From a virus (taxonomy: Duplodnaviria > Caudoviricetes), in IMG/VR virus record IMGVR_UViG_3300027956_000018, positions 1 through 42,283 of that record: a stretch of DNA of 42,283 nt; one strand, given 5' to 3'. This document shows, one piece after another, positions 37,244-42,283 of this stretch. Below the pieces are notes generated by a model. It searched no databases and was not told the origin of the DNA. It saw only the letters and a program-made list of their open reading frames with translations. Both the position numbers and the translations under genes were made by a program. How positions within the stretch are numbered: the first letter of the stretch is position 1; the number at the start of each line of letters is the position of its first letter.

Positions 37244-37272
37244 AATTTAATCATTTTTAAAATATTCGGCAA
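37244..37272 (-). promoter_or_regulatory. Putative late promoter, probably giving a leaderless protease mRNA
   Basis: TTGCCG-N17-TAAATT ending 8 nt before the ATG at 37235; no SD. Confidence 0.5.
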
Positions 37273-37283
37273 GTTATTTTTTT

Positions 37284-37670
37284 TCAGGCCGGAACTTTGA
37301 CCCGTTCAAGATCCTGTTTTTTTATCGACCGAAAGTGATTCGGCGCAATCTTTCGCCCGGCCGCGACGGCCAGACCGGCGACGCAATTACAGGGGACAGT
37401 CGTTCCCAGGCGGTCATAAATCGATCCGGTCGACTTCCGGTAATGACGATAACCGGGGATCGGAAACATTCGAACCGGCCCAAACATGGATTGAAATTTC
37501 CAGTCCCTTTCGGTTCCGTTCCCTTCCTTCCAGTCGGTCGGAGTAAGGATCCCCATGTCGGGCGGTTCGCCCTGGGCTTCCTTCATTCCGTCGACGTAGT
37601 AACAACAATTTTCACAATGTTCCTTTTCTTCGTCGGGAAGGCCGACTTCAGCCGTAAAACCTGGATTCAT
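37284..37670 (-). CDS. Hypothetical Cys-containing protein coupled to the initiator
   Basis: ATGA overlap with the initiator stop; CENCC and CNC motifs. Confidence 0.55.
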   Translation of the reverse strand: MNPGFTAEVGLPDEEKEHCENCCYYVDGMKEAQGEPPDMGILTPTDWKEGNGTERDWKFQSMFGPVRMFPIPGYRHYRKSTGSIYDRLGTTVPCNCVAGLAVAAGRKIAPNHFRSIKKQDLERVKVPA

Positions 37671-38425
37671 TTTGTCCCCCTTCTTTCCCATACCTGATTT
37701 TGTTTCATAGACAGGGCGTTCGAAAGCGTCGCCTTTAGGTCGATCGACGCGGCCCGTTTTTTCTTCTTGTGTTTCCATCCGGCTTCAGTCCCCCAGAAAA
37801 GATTCATAGCCTTTTCCAGAGAAAGGCGAATGTCCAGGCCGGGATTATATTTTTTCATTTCGGCCATCCATTCAGGATCCTTCATGATTTCCGTCCATTG
37901 CCTTTTTAATTCGGCCGAATAGACGGCGAAGTCTTCCTTCCAGGTCTTCGGTTTCCCCCCAGTCCCCCCTTCCCCTCTTTCTTCTTCTTTGTCTTTAAGA
38001 TTTAAAGAATCCTTATCCTTATCCTTATCCTTAACGGTATGACATACCGTATCGGGTAGAGTATGGGATAGGGTATCGAATACAGTATCAAGAAGGGAAA
38101 GGTCGGAAAGGCGTTTTTTTACGTTATTATGAAACTTTGATTCCGTCAGGTGTCCATATTGAAATTTTATAAAGTCGACGACAAAAAGATAGTTTCCAGG
38201 ATCGACCGCAAGAAGGCGGACTTTTTTTCCGTTAATTTCTTCGACGATTTTATTGTCGACGACTGTTCCGATCTGAAAAGAAGCCAGGCCGAAATCTACC
38301 TTCCAGATCCCGGCAAAGTCGCAATTATCAAGAATGTATTTCCAGAAAAGTTTTCCGACCGGCGAAAGTTCCCTATACCATTGATCGGCCCAGATTGTCG
38401 TTTCGGAAAGTCGCTTCGCCATCAT
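37667..38425 (-). CDS. Phage replication initiator (replisome organiser / lambda O-like architecture)
   Basis: TIWADQWYRELS..KLFWKYILDNCDFAGI wHTH-like N-terminus; repeat-coded linker and KDKDKDKD; helical C-terminus. Confidence 0.8.
   Translation of the reverse strand: MMAKRLSETTIWADQWYRELSPVGKLFWKYILDNCDFAGIWKVDFGLASFQIGTVVDNKIVEEINGKKVRLLAVDPGNYLFVVDFIKFQYGHLTESKFHNNVKKRLSDLSLLDTVFDTLSHTLPDTVCHTVKDKDKDKDSLNLKDKEEERGEGGTGGKPKTWKEDFAVYSAELKRQWTEIMKDPEWMAEMKKYNPGLDIRLSLEKAMNLFWGTEAGWKHKKKKRAASIDLKATLSNALSMKQNQVWERRGTK
38037..38096. repeat. Five 12-bp-period iteron-like repeats (putative origin) inside the initiator gene
   Basis: GTAT at 38037, 38049, 38061, 38073 and 38085; adjacent (TTATCC)3 and an AT-rich tract. 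Confidence 0.65.
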
Positions 38426-38546
38426 AAAACCCCTTCAGAAAAGGGCCGTCCCAGGCCGGGCGACCTACGAGAGAAGCCCGACCTGGGAACAGTTCCGCCA
38501 TGAAGACGAAACGGCCGATTATTTTAAAGGTGGTTTCGTAGGTCGC
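38426..38546 (-). promoter_or_regulatory. Structured 5' leader of the initiator gene
   Basis: Two overlapping inverted-repeat pairs plus a hairpin over the SD. Confidence 0.55.
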
Positions 38547-38550
38547 TTTT

Positions 38551-38579
38551 AATATAGCGAAAGCATTTCAAGAAGTCAA
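38551..38579 (-). promoter_or_regulatory. Sigma70-like promoter of the initiator gene
   Basis: TTGACT-N17-TATATT, the same hexamers as the 16.5 kb early promoter. Confidence 0.75.
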
Positions 38580-38618
38580 TACGCAAAATATAGGGCTTCG
38601 CGCGCGCGCGGCCACAAG

Positions 38619-38780
38619 TCAAAAGTCTTTCCGTGAAAGTTCACAGTTCAAAAGTGAATTTACCAGGAAGAAGTCGGCCATGATCGGATCTTCCCTGGGC
38701 GCCGGGCGACCTGTCTTCGCGTCCCCGTCGTCCCTGGCCAGGGCTTTCAGGAATTTATAGACGAAGGTTTCTTGAAACAT
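38619..38780 (-). CDS. Small hypothetical protein (53 aa)
   Basis: Hand translation MFQETFVYKFLKALARDDG...; TAATG overlap with the upstream gene. Confidence 0.4.
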   Translation of the reverse strand: MFQETFVYKFLKALARDDGDAKTGRPAPREDPIMADFFLVNSLLNCELSRKDF

Positions 38781-39232
38781 TAAAAGGCCTTGAAGGTCTG
38801 AAGGCCGTTGATCCGCTTCAGAAGGTCGGCCGCGTCCTTCCCGGTTTCCATTTCTACAAGGACATTTCGGCGGACGACGACAAGACAGAAGACCGGCCCC
38901 CGGTTGTCGGGTATGAAACCGAAATAGTATTCGACGACAGTTGTTTCGTTCGTCGCCTTGTCCTTCTGGAAGTCCCGCCAGACCGCAAGTGGATCCAGGA
39001 CGATCGCGGCCGCGACGTCCATTTTCTTTTCATTTTCCAGGGCGCCCAGAATCCGAGATCCGAAGGTCGTCGGATAAGCGTCGATCGGCTTCAAGGTCGC
39101 CCGGTTAAGGTTTGGCGACGCGGCCATATAGTTTGATTTTACAAGAAGGGGAAGGGCGTCAAGAAGTTCGACGATTTCTTCGTCCCTTTGTTGACTGAAG
39201 TTCAAGGGCGCGGTCTTCGTTTCTTCGGCCAT
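38780..39232 (-). CDS. Hypothetical protein (third gene after the MuF fusion)
   Basis: Start re-assigned to MAEETK at 39232 after GAAAGGGGG. Confidence 0.7.
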   Translation of the reverse strand: MAEETKTAPLNFSQQRDEEIVELLDALPLLVKSNYMAASPNLNRATLKPIDAYPTTFGSRILGALENEKKMDVAAAIVLDPLAVWRDFQKDKATNETTVVEYYFGFIPDNRGPVFCLVVVRRNVLVEMETGKDAADLLKRINGLQTFKAF

Positions 39233-39551
39233 TAAGTAACCCCCTTTCCTGATATTTTCGCATTTCGATCCAGACGTCAAGGCATGATGATTTATAATCT
39301 TCGTCCGCCGTTATTGCGCCTTTAAAGCCATCGTAATTTATTTTTTCGATTTGACCGATCATGAATTTTCTGAAGTCGTCGCGGCTAATTACCGCCCTGA
39401 ATTGATAATCGGCAAGGCGCGTTTCTTGAATGTCCGCCAGTGGAAAAAGATCTTGAAGGTGTGTATGGCTTCGGGATCGAACAAGAAGAAGAGTGTCAGA
39501 CCGGCGGAAGGCGACGACAGAAATAAAACCTTTGACAGTAAAGATCCACAA
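39159..39551 (-). CDS. Conserved-type hypothetical protein (MWIFTxxGFISVV...ADYxFRA...YDGFK)
   Basis: GTG start after TCGAAAGGGGG; resembles a recurrent uncharacterised phage/MGE family (from recollection, not a search). Confidence 0.75.
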   Translation of the reverse strand: MWIFTVKGFISVVAFRRSDTLLLVRSRSHTHLQDLFPLADIQETRLADYQFRAVISRDDFRKFMIGQIEKINYDGFKGAITADEDYKSSCLDVWIEMRKYQERGLLNGRRNEDRALELQSTKGRRNRRTS

Positions 39552-39569
39552 GTTGAACCCCCTTTCGAA

Positions 39570-39917
39570 TTAAGCCTTTCGAAGATATTCAAGGGCTTTC
39601 GCGTGTCGTTCCGGCCCCTGTTCAAGATAGTTATAAAGCGGTTCTTCCGCCCAGATTTCTTTTTCGGTCGGCGGTCTTAATATATAGATTTTGTTCTTCC
39701 AGGTCAAGGCGCCGGTCTTCTGGAATTTACCCTTGATATTCGAAACCCTGGGCCGGTCGATATAATCATTCGGCGCGTCCCAGTCCCAGGTAAAAACAAA
39801 AACTTCATTCAGTTTTTCCACAAGATCCGCGACGACTGTTACCGCGTTGTTTTCCGTGTTTTCGATCACAAGGCCGTCGATCAGGGCGGCCCGTTCAAGT
39901 TCGGTTAAGGGTTTCAT
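39570..39917 (-). CDS. Hypothetical protein translationally coupled to the MuF fusion (candidate immunity)
   Basis: ATGA overlap at 39914-39917 with the MuF fusion stop. Confidence 0.7.
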   Translation of the reverse strand: MKPLTELERAALIDGLVIENTENNAVTVVADLVEKLNEVFVFTWDWDAPNDYIDRPRVSNIKGKFQKTGALTWKNKIYILRPPTEKEIWAEEPLYNYLEQGPERHAKALEYLRKA

Positions 39918-42283
39918 TTATAGCCTGTCTTTGGATCGAAGTTTATTTCCTGGCGAAGTTTGACGACGTCGCGAACCTTGCGGCCGCCGGGAAGGGTTTC
40001 TTCGTAACCGTGTTTTTTAAGGACGGCGATCACTTTTTCTTTTATTTCGTTGGATTCTACCGTGATATAGCGAAGACCTTCAAAGAAGTCGACCGACCCC
40101 TTGAAGTTCGTTTCGTTATCTGAAGAAATATCCGCGAATCGTTTATATTCGGGCGTCGAACTTTTTCTTTGAACGATATTCGCCTTCTTCACGTTTCCCC
40201 AAGAATCCCCGAAATAACTGACCGCGTCCAGGCGGCGGATTTTGTCGGGATCGTAAATAATCCCGGTTCGCGGAAGATTAAGGGCGTGTTTTATCCGAAG
40301 GAAGCAATAATTTCCCCCGCCTGTTTTAACGTCTGAATTCGGAGAGATCCCGAAGGTAACGATTCCCCGGTCGATCCTTTCAAGTGTCGAAAAGTATTTC
40401 CCGCCCGACGAAAGAATCCGATCTATAACGACGTCCCAGACTTTGTCTTTATCTCTCTCTATTCCGTTTACTTCGGTCGTCCCCAGGGCTTCATGAGTTA
40501 GACTATGGGTTCGACTGAAGTCGTCGAAGTCCTGGCCTAAATCGGTTTCAAGGCGTTTCGGCGCCATGCGGACGATCGCGCCGTCGCCCTTCGCGCCTTC
40601 CCTTCTTCCGATCGGGTTATAGTCCGGTTCTTTGTCGACGACGAAGTTTTCAAGCCCCCGGCGTTTCCCGATCAGGTTGACGTTATTTTTCAGAAGGGCG
40701 ATCCGTCCTTCCTGATCCTTTATTTTCGCGGCGTCTTCAAGAAGCCGGTCGACATTCGCGGGATCGAACTTCGCGATCATTTGATTTAGATAAAGTTCTT
40801 CGACGTCGGCGAACTTCGGCGCGGTCGTTTCGATTCCCAGATCGTCGATTATGTCCATGATCTTTGTCGTTGCCCGACTGGCCGGGCCTTCGACCCTGAC
40901 GGAAACCCGGCCAGTATAGGCGAAGGCGTCCTTATCCGTGACAAGTTGGATCCGCGATCCCTTGTAATTCGATTCAAGAATAATGTCCATCGGTTTGACG
41001 TTTGCCCCCAGGGCGACTTTGTCCGTTTCAAAAACTTCGCCGTTTTTGAATTCGGAAATCCTGGGAACAAGTTGCTTTTTGTGAAACTTCATTCCGGCCT
41101 TCGCGGTCGGTTCGGGCTGAATCGGCGTCGGCAAAACGTGACCCTGGAAAAGGCCTTCTTTCTTGAAGACCGGCGCGATCTTCTTTTCCAGGGAAGGCTT
41201 CAAAGCTTCTTCCATAGCGTCGATCCAGGATTTATAAAAGACCGAAAAGTCCCTGGCGACCTGGGCCGGATAGTTCCCCAGTTTGACCATTTCAAGAAGC
41301 GTCGATTCAACGGCCCTAAATCTTGTTTTCGCTTCTTCAAGCCATCCGTTCGCGATCGTCGTTCCCAGGGAATTGCCGTTTCGTTCGGCGACCTTGATCT
41401 TCCGAAGGGAAGCCAGAAGGGATTCGTTCAACGGAGCAAGATCGGGCGCGTTTATCGGTTCTTCGGCGCTGATATCCCTGAATAACTTCTTCCAGTATTT
41501 TTCGCGAAGCTTGAAGGTCGCGGTCGTTACCTTCTGGCCGGAAGGATCGAAGGTTTCCCTGAAATTGATTTGCTGATCTTCGATCGCGCCTTTGTCGCCT
41601 GGGACGTTATAACCGACCGACTTCGATTCCGTGATCTTCGCCTTGTCCTTCGCCGTGACCTTCTGGGCGCCCCGTTCGAAGTCCCGGGCTTCCTGGCTTT
41701 CTTTCTTCAGGCGTTCGAAGACTTCGTTCGAAGTCGTCGCGGCTTCTTCCTGGGCGGCCTTGTCGGCGGCCTTCAGGGCGTCTTTCTTCGCCTTGTCCTG
41801 GGCGGCGGCTTCCTTCTGGGCGGCGATCGCTTTATCCTTCGCGGCCTTGTCGGCGGCCGTCTTTGCCTTCTTCGCTTCGGCGGCGGCGGTCTTCGCGGCC
41901 TTCTGTTCAAGCTTCCCGGCGGCCTTCTGTTCGGCGGCCCAGGCTTTAACGTCGTCCCGACGGGCGATCAGTTTATCGGCCAGGGCTTTCTTTTCGGCGG
42001 CCGTCCCGTTCGAAAAGGCGTTCACAAGTTTCCGAATGTCGGCCGACTTGATCTTCCCGACCCGTTCGGCGCCGGGTAAAAAATCGGCCGTTGAATAGTT
42101 CCTGAAGACTTCGAAGGCCTGTTTATTAGCGCCTTCGTCCAGGAAGGTCTTCAGTTCGACGACCTTGTCCCCGAAAGCGGCCCCCTTCGGTTGTCCCTGG
42201 GCGCGGAACTTCAGGGATCCGCCCTGATCGACCCTGAAGGCCTTCTTCTTCCCGGCGACTTCCTTGATCATCATGTTATCGTA
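39914..42283 (-). CDS. 3' part of the MuF-kinase fusion: kinase C-lobe, Ala/Lys linker, unknown middle domain, C-terminal ADP-ribosyltransferase-like domain
   Basis: In frame with 1314-148 through the terminal repeat (about 1,178 aa total). C-terminal LTH..RILSSGGKYFST..YCFLRI..NE.NF..LRYITVES pattern. Confidence 0.85.
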   Translation of the reverse strand, partial: YDNMMIKEVAGKKKAFRVDQGGSLKFRAQGQPKGAAFGDKVVELKTFLDEGANKQAFEVFRNYSTADFLPGAERVGKIKSADIRKLVNAFSNGTAAEKKALADKLIARRDDVKAWAAEQKAAGKLEQKAAKTAAAEAKKAKTAADKAAKDKAIAAQKEAAAQDKAKKDALKAADKAAQEEAATTSNEVFERLKKESQEARDFERGAQKVTAKDKAKITESKSVGYNVPGDKGAIEDQQINFRETFDPSGQKVTTATFKLREKYWKKLFRDISAEEPINAPDLAPLNESLLASLRKIKVAERNGNSLGTTIANGWLEEAKTRFRAVESTLLEMVKLGNYPAQVARDFSVFYKSWIDAMEEALKPSLEKKIAPVFKKEGLFQGHVLPTPIQPEPTAKAGMKFHKKQLVPRISEFKNGEVFETDKVALGANVKPMDIILESNYKGSRIQLVTDKDAFAYTGRVSVRVEGPASRATTKIMDIIDDLGIETTAPKFADVEELYLNQMIAKFDPANVDRLLEDAAKIKDQEGRIALLKNNVNLIGKRRGLENFVVDKEPDYNPIGRREGAKGDGAIVRMAPKRLETDLGQDFDDFSRTHSLTHEALGTTEVNGIERDKDKVWDVVIDRILSSGGKYFSTLERIDRGIVTFGISPNSDVKTGGGNYCFLRIKHALNLPRTGIIYDPDKIRRLDAVSYFGDSWGNVKKANIVQRKSSTPEYKRFADISSDNETNFKGSVDFFEGLRYITVESNEIKEKVIAVLKKHGYEETLPGGRKVRDVVKLRQEINFDPKTGYK
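42136..42283. repeat. Terminal direct repeat, right copy
   Basis: Matches 1-147 with one extra C at 42157, which keeps the reading frame open. Confidence 0.95.

Noticed and set aside
39914-40510. Direct explanation of CTC depletion by classical DarT2 specificity (TNTC/TCTC)
   Set aside because: TTTC, TGTC and TATC are abundant, and many of the surviving CTC sites are TCTC, so the known DarT2 motif does not fit. Only a different specificity remains possible.
367-42098. Many long plus-strand ORFs (e.g. 367-1251, 14722-15645, 31524-32465, 35991-36893)
   Set aside because: They are antisense shadows of well-supported minus-strand genes, lack recognisable motifs, and are expected given the scarcity of TTA/CTA/TCA in those frames.
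1-42283. Stop-codon reassignment or tRNA genes
   Set aside because: Genes tile the genome under the standard code with TAA, TGA and TAG all used as stops, and no cloverleaf was recognised in the short intergenic gaps (tRNAscan-SE would confirm).

Overview
This window appears to be one complete, circular, roughly 42.1 kb myovirus-type phage genome. Bases 1-147 repeat as 42136-42283, differing by one base. Essentially all credible genes are on the minus strand. The morphogenesis genes are Mu-like (DUF935-type portal, MuF, protease/scaffold, gp36-like adaptor, virion morphogenesis protein, sheath, tube, tape measure, baseplate). I see no transposase or integrase; instead there is a lambda-O-like initiator with internal iterons, placed inside the head gene cluster. 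The main candidate for a new system spans the circular junction: a roughly 1,180-aa MuF head protein fused to an atypical kinase domain and a C-terminal ADP-ribosyltransferase-like (DarT-like) domain, followed by translationally coupled small genes that may be immunity or accessory factors. A second striking signal is genome-wide depletion of GAG/CTC, CAC/GTG and GCA/TGC on both strands, extending even to the ribosome-binding sites, alongside enrichment of palindromes such as TCGA, GATC, GGCC and CCWGG. All family assignments come from motif recognition by eye, not database searches.
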